Origin: Eledone cirrhosa
Lineage: Eukaryota
Length of the DNA stretch: 64,000 nucleotides
NCBI GenBank assembly: GCA_964016885.1
Contig: OZ024743.1
Span: 129,146,001-129,210,000, forward strand
Direction: 5' to 3'
Numbering within the stretch: position 1 is the stretch's first letter; the number at the start of each line of letters is the position of its first letter. A program made the translations under genes and the position numbers. The notes beneath the pieces are model-generated. The model was not told where the DNA came from. It saw only the letters and a list, made by a program, of their open reading frames with translations, and ran no database searches. Below, piece after piece: positions 15,212 to 30,900 of this stretch.

Positions 15212-17023
15212 GACCAAGCACCAAGCACCAAGCACCAAGCACCAAACACCAAGCACCAAGCACCAAACACCAACAACCCAGCACCAAACACGAAGCACCA
15301 AACACCAAGCACCAAGCACCTAGCACAAAACACCAAACACCAAGCACAAAGCACCAAACACCAAGCACCAATCACCAAGCACCAAACACCAAGCAGCAAG
15401 CAGAAAGCACCAAACAACAAACACCAAGCACCAAACACCAAACACCAAGCACCAAGCACCAAACACCTAACACCAAGCACCAAGCACCAAACACCAAACA
15501 CCAAACACCAAAAAGCAAACAGCAAACACCAAACACCAAGCACCAAACACCAAGTACCAAGCACCAAACACCAAGCACCAAACACCAAACACCAAGCACC
15601 AAGCACCAAACACTAATCACCAAGCACCAAGCACCAAACACCAAGCACCAAGCACCAAGCACCAAACACCAAGCACCAAAGACCAAGCACCAAGCACCAA
15701 GCACCAAACACCAAGCACCAAGCACCAAGCACCAAACACCAAGCACCAAACACCAACCACCCAGCATCAAGCACCAAGCACCAAACACCAAGCACCAAGC
15801 ACCAAACACCAAACACCAAACACCAAACACCAAGCACCAAGCACCAAACACCAAGCACCAAGCACCAAACACCAAGCACCAAACACCAAACACCAAGCAC
15901 CAAGCACCAAACACCAAGCACCAAGGACCAAACACCAAACACCATGCACCAAGCACCAAACACCTAACACCAAGCACCAAGCACCAAACACCAAACACCA
16001 AGCACCAAGCACCAAACACCAAGCATCAGGCACCAAGCACCAAACACCAAGCACCAAGCACCAAACACCAAGCATCAAGCACAAAACACCAAGCACCAAG
16101 CACCAAACACCTAACACCTAACACCAAGCACCAAGAACCCAAGCACCAAGCACCAAACACCAAACACCAAGCACCAAGCACCAAACACCAAGCACCAAAC
16201 ACCAAGAACCAAGCACCAAACACCAAGCACCAAACACCAAGCACCAAGCACCAAGCACCAAACACCAAGCACCAAGCACCAAGCACCAAGTACAAACACC
16301 AAGCACCAAGCACCAAACACCAAGCACCAAGCACCAAGCATCAAACACCAAGCATCAAACACCAAACACCAAACACCAAGGACCAAACACCAAGCATAAA
16401 GCACCAAACACGAAGCAGCAAGCAGAAAGCACCAAACAACAAACACCAAGCACCAAGCACCAAACACCAAGCACCAAGGACCAAACACCAAACACCATGC
16501 ACCAAGCACCAAACACCTAAAACCAAGCACCAAGCACCAAACACCAAACACCAAGCACCAAGCACCAAACACCAAGCACCAGGCACCAAGCACCAAACAC
16601 CAAGCACCAAGCACCAAACACCAAGCACCAAGCACAAAACACCAAGCACCAAGCACCAAACACCTAACACCTAACACCAAGCACCAAGCACCAAGCACCA
16701 AGCACCAAACACCAAACACCAAGCACCAAGCACCAAACACCAAGCACCAAACACCAAGAACCAAGCACCAAACACCAAGCACCAAACACCAAGCACCAAG
16801 CACCAAGCACCAAACACCAAGCACCAAGCACCAAGCACCAAGTACAAACACCAAGCACCAAACACCAAGCACCAAGCATCAAGCATCAAACACCAAGCAT
16901 CAGACACCAAACACCAAGCAACAAGCACCAAACACCAAACACCAAGCACCAAGCACCAAGCATCAAACACCAAACACCAAGCACCAAGCACCAAGCACCA
17001 AACACCAAACTCCAAGCACCAGA

Positions 17024-19682
17024 CACCAAGCACCAAGCACCAAACACCAAACACCAAACACCAAACACCAAGCACCAAGCACCAATCACCAAACAACAAG
17101 CACCAAGCACCAAGATCCAAACACCAAACACCAAGCACCAAGCATCCAGCACGAAGCACCAAACACGAAGCACGCAGCACCAAACACCAAGCACCAAGCA
17201 CCAAACACCAAGCACCAAGCACCAAACACCAAACCCCAAGCACCAAGCACCAAGCACCAAGCACCAAACACCAAAATCCAAGCACCAAATACCAAGCACC
17301 AAATACCAAACAGCAAACACCAAACACGAAACAGCAAACACCAAACGCCAAACACCAAGCACCAAGCACCAATCACCAAACAACAAGCACCAAGCACCAA
17401 GCACCAAACACCAAGCACCAAGCACCAAACACCAAACACCAAGCACCAAACACCAAGCACCAAGCACCAAACACCAAACCCCAAGCATCAAGCACCAAAC
17501 ACTAATCACCAAGCACCAAGCACCAAACACCAAGCACCAAGCACAGAGCACCAAACACCAAACACCAAGCAGCAAAGACCAAGCACCAAGCACCAAGCAC
17601 CAAGCACCAAACACCAAGCACCAAGCACCAAACACCAACAACCCAGCACCAAACACGAAGCACCAAACACCAAGCACCAAGCACCTAGCACAAAACACCA
17701 AACACCAAGCACAAAGCACCAAACACCAAGCACCAATCACCAAGCACCAAACACCAAGCAGCAAGCAGAAAGCACCAAACAACAAACACCAAGCACCAAA
17801 CACCAAACACCAAGCACCAAGCACCAAACACCTAACACCAAGCACCAAGCACCAAACACCAAATACCAAGCACCAAGCACCAAACACCAAGCACCAAAGA
17901 CCAAACACCAAACAGCAAACACCAAACACCAAACAGCAAACACTAAACATGAAACAGCAAACACCATAGAGCAAACACCAAACACTAAACAGCAAACAGC
18001 AAACAGCAAACACCAAGCACCAAACACCAAGTTCCAAGCACCAAACACCAAGCACCAAGCACCAAACACCAAACCCCAAGCACCAAGCACCAAACACTAA
18101 GCACAATGCACCAAGCACAAAGCACTAAACACCAAGCACCAAGCACCAAGCACCAAGAACCAAAGACCAAGCACCAAGCACCAAACACCAAGCACCAAGC
18201 ACCAAGCATCGAACACCAAGCATCAAACACCAAACACCAAGCACCAAACACCAAGCACGAAACACCAAGCACCCAGCACCAAACACCAAGCACCAATCAC
18301 CAAGCACCAAAAACCAAGCACCAACCACCAAACACCAAGCACCAGGCACCAAGCACCAAGCACCAAACACCAAACACCAAACACCAAACACCAAGCACCA
18401 AGCACCAATCACCAAACAACAAGCACCAAGCACCAAGATCCAAACACCAAACACCAAGCACCAAGCATCCAGCACGAAGCACCAAACACGAAGCACGCAG
18501 CACCAAACACCAAGCACCAAGCACCAAACTCCAAGCACCAAGCACCAAACACCAAACCCCAAGCACCAAGCACCAAGCACCAAGCACCAAACACCAAACA
18601 CCAAGCACCAAATACCAAGCACCAAATACCAAACAGCAAACACCAAACACGAAACAGCAAACACCAAACGCCAAACACCAAGCACCAAGCACCAATCACC
18701 AAACAACAAGCACCAAGCACCAAGCACCAAACACCAAGCACCAAGCACCAAACACCAAACACCAAGCACCAAACACCAAGCACCAAGCACCAAACACCAA
18801 ACCCCAAGCATCAAGCACCAAACACTAATCACCAAGCACCAAGCACCAAACACCAAGCACCAAGCACAGAGCACCAAACACCAAACACCAAGCAGCAAAG
18901 ACCAAGCACCAAGCACCAAGCACCAAGCACCAAACACCAAGCACCAAGCACCAAACACCAACAACCCAGCACCAAACACGAAGCACCAAACACCAAGCAC
19001 CAAGCACCTAGCACAAAACACCAAACACCAAGCACAAAGCACCAAACACCAAGCACCAATCACCAAGCACCAAACACCAAGCAGCAAGCAGAAAGCACCA
19101 AACAACAAACACCAAGCACCAAACACCAAACACCAAGCACCAAGCACCAAACACCTAACACCAAGCACCAAGCACCAAACACCAAATACCAAGCACCAAG
19201 CACCAAACACCAAGCACCAAAGACCAAACAGCAAACAGCAAACACCAAACACCAAACAGCAAACACTAAACATGAAACAGCAAACACCATAGAGCAAACA
19301 CCAAACACTAAACAGCAAACAGCAAACAGCAAACACCAAGCACCAAACACCAAGTTCCAAGCACCAAACACCAAACACCAAGCACCAAACACCAAACCCC
19401 AAGCACCAAGCACCAAACACTAAGCACAATGCACCAAGCACAAAGCACTAAACACCAAGCACCAAGCACCAAGCACCAAGAACCAAAGACCAAGCACCAA
19501 GCACCAAACACCAAGCACCAAGCACCAAGCATCGAACACCAAGCATCAAACACCAAACACCAAGCACCAAACACCAAGCACGAAACACCAAGCACCCAGC
19601 ACCAAACACCAAGCACCAATCACCAAGCACCAAAAACCAAGCACCAACCACCAAACACCAAGCACCAGGCACCAAGCACCAA
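17024..19682. repeat. Tandem duplication, period 1323 bp (189 heptamers), 2 copies with a few substitutions
   Basis: ORF pairs 17086/18409, 17502/18825, 17737/19060, 17985/19308 and 18106/19429 are all offset by 1323. Confidence 0.92.
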
Positions 19683-21989
19683 ATATCAAACACCAAGCAC
19701 CAAGCACCCAGCACCAAACACCAAACACCAAGCACCAAGCACCAAGCACCAAACACCAAACACCAAGCACCAAGCACCAAACACCAAACACCAAACACCA
19801 AACACCAAACACCAAGCACCAAGCACCAAACAACAAGCACCAGGCACCAAGCACCAATCATCAAACACCAAGCACCAAGCACCAAACACCAAGCACCAAG
19901 CACCAAACACCAAGCACCAAGCACCAAGCACCAAACACCAAATAGCAAACACCAAACACCAAACAGCAAACAGCAAACACCAAGCACCAATCACCAAACA
20001 ACAAGCACCAGGCACCAAGGACCAAACACCAAACACCAAGCACCAAGCACCAAACACCAAGCACCAGAGACCAAACACTAAACAGCAAACACCAAACACC
20101 AAACAGCAAACACCAAACACGAAACAGCAAAAACCATACAGCAAACACCAAACACCAAAAAGCAGACACCAAACAGCAAACACCAAACACCAAACAGCAA
20201 ACAGCAAACACCAAACACCAAGCACCAAAACCAAGTACCAAGCACCAAACACCAAGCACCAAGCACCAAGTACAAACACCAAGCACCAAGCACCAAACAC
20301 CAAGCACCAAGCACCAAGCATCAAACACCAAGCATCAAATACCAAACACCAAACACCAAGCAACAAGCACCAAACACCAAGCACCAAGCAGCAAGCAGAA
20401 AGCACCAAACAACAAACACCAAGCACAAAGCACCAAACACCAAGCACCAAGGACCAAACACCAAACACCAAGCACCAAGCACCAAACACCTAACACCAAG
20501 CACCAAGCACCAAACACCAAACACCAAGAACAAAGCACAAAACACCAAGCACCAGGCACCAAGCACCAAACACCAAGCACCAAGCACCAAACACCAAGCA
20601 CCAAGCATAAAACACCAAGCACCAAGCACCACACACCTAACACCAAGCACCAAGCACCAAGCACCAAACACCAAGCACTAAACACCAAACACCAAGCACC
20701 AAGCACCAAGCACCAAACACCAAGCACCAAGCACAAAACACCAAGCACCAAGCACCAAACACCTAACACCAAGCACCAAGCACCAAGCACCAAACACCAA
20801 GCACCAAATACCAAACACCAAGCACCAAGCACCAAACACCAAGCACCAAACACCAAGAACCAAGCACCAAACACCAAGCACCAAGCACCAAGTACAAACA
20901 CCAAGCACCAAGCACCAAACACCAAGCACCAAGCACCTAGCATCAAACACCAAGCATCAAACACCAAACACCAAACACCAAGCAACAAGCACCAAACACC
21001 AAGCACCAAGCACCAAGCACCAAATACCAAGCACCAATTACGAAGCACCAAACACAGAGCCCCAAGCACCAAGCACCAAACACCAAACACGAAGCACCAA
21101 ACACCAAGCACCAAGCACCTAGCACCAAACACCAAACACCAAGCACCAATCACCAAGCACCAAACACGAAGCAGCAAGCAGAAAGCACCAAACAACAAAC
21201 ACCAAGCACCAAGCACCAAACACCAAGCACCATGGACCAGACACCAAACACCAAGCACCAAACACCTAACACCAAGCACCAAGCACCAAACACCAAGCAC
21301 CAAAGACCAAACACCAAACAGCAAACACCAAACACCAAACAGCAAACACCAAACATGAAACAGCCAACACCATTGAGCAAAAACCAAACACCAAAAAGCA
21401 GACACCAAACAGCAAACACCAAACACATTACACCAAACACTAAACAGCAAACAGCAAACACCAAGCACCAAACACCAAGTTCCAAGCACCAAACACCAAA
21501 CACCAAGCACCAAACACCAAACCCCAAGCACCAAGCACCAAACACTAATCACAATGCACCAAGCACCAAGCACTAAACACCAAGCACCAAGCACCAAGCA
21601 CTAAACACCAAACACCAAGGACCAAGCACCAAGCACCAAGAACCAAAGACCAAGCACCAAGCACCAAACACCAAGCACCAAGCACCAAGCATCGAACACC
21701 AAGCATCAAACACCAAACACCAAACACCAAGCACCAAACACCATGCACCAAGCACCAAACACCAAGCACCCAGCACCAAACACCAAGCACCAATCACCAA
21801 ACACCAAACACCAAGCACCAACCACCAAACACCAAGCACCAAACACCAAACACCAAGCACCAAGAACCAAGCACCAAATACCAAACACCAAGCACCAAGC
21901 ACCAAACACCAAACACCAAACACCAAGCACCAAACACCAAACACCAAACACCAAACACCAAGCACCAAGTACCAAACAACAAACACCAG

Positions 21990-24900
21990 GCACCAAGCAC
22001 CAAACATCAAACACCAAGCACCAAGCACCAAACACCAAGCACCAATCACCAAACACCAAGCACCAATCACCAAGCACCAAACACCAAACAGCAAACAGCA
22101 AACAGCAAACACCAAACACCAAGCACCAATCACCAAACACCCAGCACCAGAGACCAAACACCAAACAGCAAACACCAAACACCAAACAGCAAACACCAAA
22201 CACGAAACAGCAAACACCATACATCAAACACAAAACACCAAAAAGCAGACACCAAACAGCAAACATCAAACACCAAACACCAAACACCAAACAGCAAACA
22301 GCAAACACCAAACACCAAGCACCAAACACCAAGTACCAAGCACCAAACACCAAGCACCAAACACCAAACACCAAGCACCAAGCACCAAACACTAATCACC
22401 AAGCACCAAGCACCAAACACCAAGCACCAGGCACCAAGCACCAAACACCAAGCACCAAAGACCAAGCACCAAGCACCAAGCACCAACACCAAGCACCAAG
22501 CACCAAGCACCAAACACCAAGCACCAAACACCAACCACCCAGCATCAAGCACCAAGCACCAAACACCAAGCACCAAGCACCAAACACCAAACACCAAACA
22601 CCAAACACCAAGCACCAAGCACCAAACACCAAGCACCAAGCACCAAACACCAAGCACCAAACACCAAACACCAAGCACCAAGCACCAAACACCAAGCTCC
22701 AAACACCAAACACCAAGAACCAAGTACCAAACACCAAGCACCAAGCACCAAGTACAAACACCAAGCACCAAGCACCAAACACCAAGCACCAAGCACCAAG
22801 CATCAAACACCAAGCATCAAACACCAAACACCAAACACCAAGGACCAAACACCAAGCATAAAGCACCAAACACCAAGCAGCAAGCAGAAAGCACCAAACA
22901 ACAAACACCAAGCACCAAGCACCAAACACCAAGCACCAAGGACCAAACACCAAACACCATGCACCAAGCACCAAACACCTAACACCAAGCACCAAGCACC
23001 AAACACCAAACACCAAGCATCGAGCACCAAACACCAAGCACCAGGCACCAAGCACCAAACACCAAGCACCAAGCACCAAACACCAAGCACCAAGCACAAA
23101 ACACCAAGCACCAAGCACCAAACACCTAACACCTAACACCAAGCACCAAGCACCAAGCACCAAACACCTAACACCTAACACCAATCACCAAGCACCAAGC
23201 ACCAAGCACCAAACACCAAACACCAAGCACCAAGCACCAAACACCAAGCACCAAACACCAAGAACCAAGCACCAAACACCAAGCACCAAACACCAAGCAC
23301 CAAGCACCAAGCACCAAACACCAAGCACCAAGCACCAAGCACCAAGTACAAACACCAAGCACCAAACACCAAGCACCAAGCATCAAGCATCAAACACCAA
23401 GCATCAAACACCAAACACCAAGCAACAAGCACCAAACACCAAACACCAAGCACCAAGCACCAAGCATCAAACACCAAACACCAAGCACCAAGCACCAAGC
23501 ACCAAACACCAAACTCCAAGCACCAGACACCAAGCACCAAGCACCAAACACCAAACACCAAACACCAAACACCAAGCACCAAGCACCAATCACCAAACAA
23601 CAAGCACCAAGCACCAAGATCCAAACACCAAACACCAAGCACCAAGCACCCAGCACGAAGCACCAAACACGAAGCACGCAGCACCAAACACCAAGCACCA
23701 AGCACCAAACACCAAGCACCAAGCACCAAACACCAAACACCAAGCACCAAGCACCAAGCACCAAACACCAAACTCCAAGCACCAGACACCAAGCACCAAG
23801 CACCAAACACCAAACACCAAACACCAAACACCAAGCACCAAGCACCAATCACCAAACAACAAGCACCAAGCACCAAGATCCAAACACCAAACACCAAACA
23901 CCAAGCACCAAGCAGCAAACACCAAACACCAAGCATCAAACACGAAGCACCAAAGACCAAAGACCAAAGACCAAACAGCAAACACCAAACACCAAACACC
24001 AAACACCAAGCACCAAGCACCAAACACCAAGCACCAAACACCAAGCACCAAAGACCAAACACCAAACAGCAAACACCATATACAAAACAGCAAACACCAA
24101 ACACGAAACAGCAAACACCAAACGCCAAACACCAAGCACCATGCACCAATCACCAAACAACAAGCACCAAGCACCAAGCACCAAACACCAAATACCAAGC
24201 ACCAAGCACCAAACACCAAACACCAAGCACCAAACACCAAGCACCAAACAACAAGCACCAGGCACCAAGCACCAAACACCAAACACCAAGCACCAAGCAC
24301 CAAACACCAAGCACCAAAGACCAAACACCAAACACCAAGCACCTAGCACCAAACACCAAGCACCAAGCACCAAACACCAAACCCCAAGCACCAAGCACCA
24401 AACACCAAACACCAAACAGCAAACACCAAACACCAAACACCAAACACCAAGCACCAAGCACCAATCACAAAACAACAAGCACCAGGCACCAAGCACCAAA
24501 CACCAAACACCAAGCACCAAGCACCAAAGACCAAACACCAAGCACCAAGCACCAATCACCAAACAACAAGCACCAGGCACCAAGCACCAAACACCAAACA
24601 CCAAGCACCAAGCACCAAACACCAAGCACCAAAGACCAAACACCAAACACCAAGCAACTAGCACCAAACACCAAGCACCAAGCACCAAACACCAAACACC
24701 AAACACCAAGCACCAAGCACCAATCACAAAACAACAAGCACCAGGCACCAAGCACCAAACACCAAACACCAAGCACCAAACACCAAGCACCAAAGACCAA
24801 ACACCAAACAGCAAACACCATATACAAAACAGCAAACACCAAACACGAAACAGCAAACACCAAACGCCAAACACCAAGCACCAAGCACCAATCACCAAAC

Positions 24901-27900
24901 AACAAGCACCAAGCACCAAGCACCAAACACCAAACACCAAGCACCAAGCACCAAACACCAAACACCAAGCACCAAACACCAAGCACCAAGCACCAAACAC
25001 CAAACCCCAAGCACCAAGCACCAAACACTAATCACCAAGCACCAAGCACCAAGCACCAAGCACCAAGCACAAAGCACCAAACACCAAGCACCAAAGACCA
25101 AGCACCAAGCACCAAACACCAAGCACCAAGCACCAAACACCAAGCACCAAGCACCAAACACCAACCACCCAGCACCAAGCACCAAGCACCAAGCACCAAA
25201 CACCAAGCACCAAACACCAAACACCAAACACCAAGCACCAAGCACCAAACACCAATCACCGATTACCAAGCACCAAACACCAAGCCTCAAGCACCAAGCA
25301 CCAAACACCAAACACGAAGCACCAAACACCAAGCACCAAGGACCAAACACCAAACACCAAGCAACAAGCACCAAGCATCAAACACCAAGCACCAAGCACC
25401 AAACACTAAACAGCAAACACGAAACATCAAACACCAAACACCAAAAAACAGACACCTAACAGCAAACAGCAAACACCAAACAGCAAACAGCATACACCAA
25501 GCACCAAGCAACAAACACCAAACACCAAGCACCAAGCACCAAACACCAAAACCAAGCACCAAACACCAGACACCAAGCACCAAACACCAAACACCAAGCA
25601 CCAAGCACCAAACACCAAGCACTAGGCACCAAGCACCAACCACCAAACACCAAGTACCAAGCACCAAACACCAAGCACCAAGCACCAAAGACCAAACACC
25701 AAGCACCAAGCACCAAACACCAAACAGCAAACACCAAGCACCAAGCACCAATCACCAAACAACAAGCACCAGGCACCAAGCACCAAACACCAAACACCAA
25801 GCACCAAGCACCAAACACCAAGCACCAAAGACCAAACACCAAACATCAAGCACCTAGCACCAAACACCAAGCACCAAGCACCAAACACCAAACCCCAAGC
25901 ACCAAGCACCAAGCACCAAACACCAAACACCAAGCACCAAATACCAAGCACCAAATACCAAACAGCAAACACCAAACACGAAACAGCAAGCACCAAGCAC
26001 CTAGCACCAAACACCAAACACCAAGCACCAAGCACCAAACACCAAGCACCAATCACCAAGCACCAAACACCAAGCAGCAAGCAGAAAGCACCAAACAACA
26101 AACACCAAGCACCAAGCACCAAACACCAAGCACCAAGGACCAAACACCAAACACCAAGCACCAAGCACCAAACACCTAACACCAAGCACCAAGCACCAAA
26201 CACCAAACACCAAGCACCAAGCACCAAACACCAAGCACCAAAGACCAAACACCAAACAGCAAACACCAAACACCAAACAGCAAACGCCAAATATGAAACA
26301 GCAAACACCATAGAGCAAACACCAAGCACCAAACACCAAGTTCCAAGCACCAAACACCAAGCACCAAGCACAAAACACCAAACCCCAAGCACCACGCACC
26401 AAACACTAAGCACAATGCACCAAGCACCAAGCACTAAACACCAAGCACTAAGCACCAAGCACCAAGCACCAAGAACCAAAGACCAAGCACCAAGCACCAA
26501 ACACCAAGCACCAAGCACCAAGTATCGAACACCAAGCATCAAACACCAAACACCAAGCACCAAACACCAAGCACCAAACACCAAGCACCCAGCCCCAAAC
26601 ACCAAGCACCAATCACCAAGCACCAAACACCAAGCACCAACCACCAAACACCAAGCACCAAACACCAAACACCAAGCACCAAGCACCAAGCACCAAACAC
26701 CAAACACCAAGCACCAAGCACCAAACACCAAACACCAAACACCAAACACCAAGCACCAAGCACCAAACAACAAGCACCAGGCACCAAGCACCAAACATCA
26801 AACACCAAGCACCAAGCACCAAACACCAAGCACCAAGCACCAAACACCAAGCACCAAGCACCAAGCACCAAGCACCAAACACCAAACAGCAAACAGCAAA
26901 CACCAAACAGCAAACAGCAAACACCAAGCACCAATCACCAAACAACAAGCACCAGGCACCAAGGACCAAACACCAAACACCAAGCACCAAGCACCAAACA
27001 ACAAACACCAAGCACCAAGCACCAAACACCAAGCACCAGAGACCAAACACTAAACAGCAAACACCAAACACCAAACAGCAAACACCAAACACGAAACAGC
27101 AAACACCATACAGCAAACACCAAACACCAAAAAGCAGACACCAAACAGCAAACAGCAAACACCAAACACCAAACAGCAAACAGCAAACACCAAACACCAA
27201 GCACCAAAACCAAGTACCAAGCACCAAACACCAAGCACCAAGCACCAAGTACAAACACCAAGCACCAAGCACCAAACACCTAGCACCAAGCACCAAGCCT
27301 CAAACACCAAGCATCAAACACCAAACACCAAACAGCAAGCAACAAGCACCAAACACCAAGCATCAAGCACCAAACACCAAGCAGCAAGCAGAAAGCACCA
27401 AACAACAAACACCAAGCACAAAGCACCAAACACCAAGCACCAAGGACCAAACACCAAACACCAAGCACCAAGCACCAAACACCTAACACCAAGCACCAAG
27501 CACCAAACACCAAACACCAAGCACCAAGCACCAAACACCAAGCACCAGGCACCAAGCACCAAACACCAAGCACCAAGCACAAAACACCAAGCACCAAGCA
27601 TAAAACACCAAGCACCAAACACCACACACCTAACACCAAGCACCAAGCACCAAGCACCAAACACCAAGCACCAAACACCAAACACCAAGCACCAAGCACC
27701 AAGCACCAAACACCAAGCACCAAGCACAAAACACCAAGCACCAAGCACCAAACACCTAACACCAAGCACCAAGCACCAAGCACTAAACACCAAGCACCAA
27801 ACACCAAACACCAAGCACCAAGCACCAAACACCAAGCACCAAACACCAAGAACCAAGCACCAAACACCAAGGACCAAGCACCAACTACAAACACCAAGCA

Positions 27901-30900
27901 CCAAGCACCAAACACCAAGCACCAAGCACCTAGCATCAAACACCAAGCATCAAACACCAAACACCAAACACCAAGCAACAAGCACCAAACACCAAGCACC
28001 AAGCACCAAGCACCAAACACCAAGCACCAATTACCAAGCACCAAACACAGAGCCCCAAGCACCAAGCACCAAACACCAAACACGAAGCACCAAACACCAA
28101 GCACCAAGCACCTAGCACCAAACACCAAACACCAAGCACCAATCACCAAGCACCAAACACCAAGCAGCAAGCAGAAAGCACCAAACAACAAACACCAAGA
28201 ACCAAGCACCAAACACCAAGCACCATGGACCAAACACCAAACACCAAGCACCAAGCACCAAACACCTAACACCAAACACCAAGCACCAAACACCAAGCAC
28301 CAAAGACCAAAACACCAAACAGCAAACACCAAAGACCAAACAGCAAACACCAAACATGAAACAGCCAACACCATAGAGCAAACACCAAACACTAATCACA
28401 ATGCACCAAGCACCAAGCACTAAACACCAAGCACCAAACACCAAACCCCAAGCACCAAGCACCAAACACTAATCACAATGCACCAAGCACCAAGCACTAA
28501 ACACCAAGCACCAAGCACCAAGCACTAAACACCAAACACCAAGGACCAAGCACCAAGCACCAAGAACCAAATACCAAGCACCAAGCACCAAACACCAAGC
28601 ACCAAGCACCAAGCATCGAACACCAAGCATCAAACAGCAAGCACCAATCACCAAGCACCAAACACCAAGCACCAACCACCAAACACCAAGCACCAAACAC
28701 CAAACACCAAGCACCAAGAACCAAGCACCAAATACCAAACACCAAGCACCACGCACCAAACACCAAACACCAAACACCAAGCACCAAACACCAAACACCA
28801 AACACCAAACACCAAGCACCAAGTACCAAACAACAAGCACCAGGCACCAAGCACCAAACATCAAACACCAAGCACCAAGCACCAAACACCAAGCACCAAG
28901 CACCAAACACCAAGCACCAATCACCAAGCACCAAACACCAAACAGCAAACAGCAAACAGCAAACAGCAAACAGCAAACACCAAGCACCAATCACCAAACA
29001 ACAAGCACCAGGCACCAAGGACCAAACACCAAACACCAAGCACCAAGCACCAAGCACCAAACACCAAACACCAAGCACCAAGCACCAAACACCAAGCACC
29101 AGAGACCAAACACCAAACAGCAAACACCAAACACCAAACAGCAAACACCAAACACGAAACAGCAAACACCATACAGCAAACACCAAACACCAAAAAGCAG
29201 ACACCAAACAGCAAACATCAAACACCAAACACCAAACACCAAACAGCAAACAGCAAACACCAAACACCAAGCACCAAACACCAAGTACCAAGCACCAAAC
29301 ACCAAGCACCAAACACCAAACACCAAGCACCAAGCACCAAACACTAATCACCAAGCACCAAGCACCAAACACCAAGCACCAAGCACCAAGCACCAAACAC
29401 CAAGCACCAAAGACCAAGCACCTAGCACCAAGCACCAAACACCAAGCACCAAGCACCAAGCACCAAACACCAAGCACCAAACACCAACCACCCAGCACCA
29501 AACACCAACCACCCAGCACCAAGCACCAAGCACCAAACACCAAGCACCAAGCACCAAACACCAAACACCAAACACCAAGCACCAAGCACCAAACACCAAG
29601 CACCAAGCACCAAACACCAAGCACCAAACACCAAACACCAAGCACCAAACACCAAGCACCAAACACCAAACACCAAGCACCAAGTACCAAACACCAAGCA
29701 CCAAGCACCAAGCACCAAGTACAAACACCAAGCACCAAGCACCAAACACCAAGCACCAAGCACCAATCACAAAACAACAAGCACCAGGCACCAAGCACCA
29801 AACACCAAACACCAAGCACCAAGCACCAAAGACCAAACACCAAGCACCAAGCACCAATCACAAAACAACAAGCACCAGGCACCAAGCACCAAACACCAAA
29901 CACCAAGCACCAAGCACCAAAGACCAAACACCAAGCACCAAGCACCAAACACCAAACAGCAAACACCAAGCACCAAGCACCAATCACCAAACAACAAGCA
30001 CCAGGCACCAAGCACCAAACACCAAACACCAAGCACCAAGCACCAAACACCAAGCACCAAAGACCAAACACCAAACACCAAGCACCTAGCACCAAACACC
30101 AAGCACCAAGCACCAAACACCAAACCCCAAGCACCAAGCACCAAGCACCAAACACCAAACAGCAAACACCAAACACCAAACACCAAACACCAAGCACCAA
30201 GCACCAATCACAAAACAACAAGCACCAGGCACCAAGCACCAAACACCAAACACCAAGCACCAAGCACCAAAGACCAAACACCAAGCACCAAGCACCAAAC
30301 ACCAAACAGCAAACACCAAGCACCAAGCACCAAACATCAAACACCAAGCACCAAGCACCAAACACCAAGCACCAATCACCAAACACCAAGCACCAATCAC
30401 CAAGCACCAAACACCAAACAGCAAACAGCAAACAGCAAACACCAAACACCAAGCACCAATCACCAAACACCCAGCACCAGAGACCAAACACCAAACAGCA
30501 AACACCAAACACCAAACAGCAAACACCAAACACGAAACAGCAAACACCATACATCAAACACAAAACACCAAAAAGCAGACACCAAACAGCAAACATCAAA
30601 CACCAAACACCAAACACCAAACAGCAAACAGCAAACACCAAACACCAAGCACCAAACACCAAGTACCAAGCACCAAACACCAAGCACCAAACACCAAACA
30701 CCAAGCACCAAGCACCAAACACTAATCACCAAGCACCAAGCACCAAACACCAAGCACCAGGCACCAAGCACCAAACACCAAGCACCAAAGACCAAGCACC
30801 AAGCACCAAGCACCAACACCAAGCACCAAGCACCAAGCACCAAACACCAAGCACCAAACACCAACCACCCAGCATCAAGCACCAAGCACCAAACACCAAG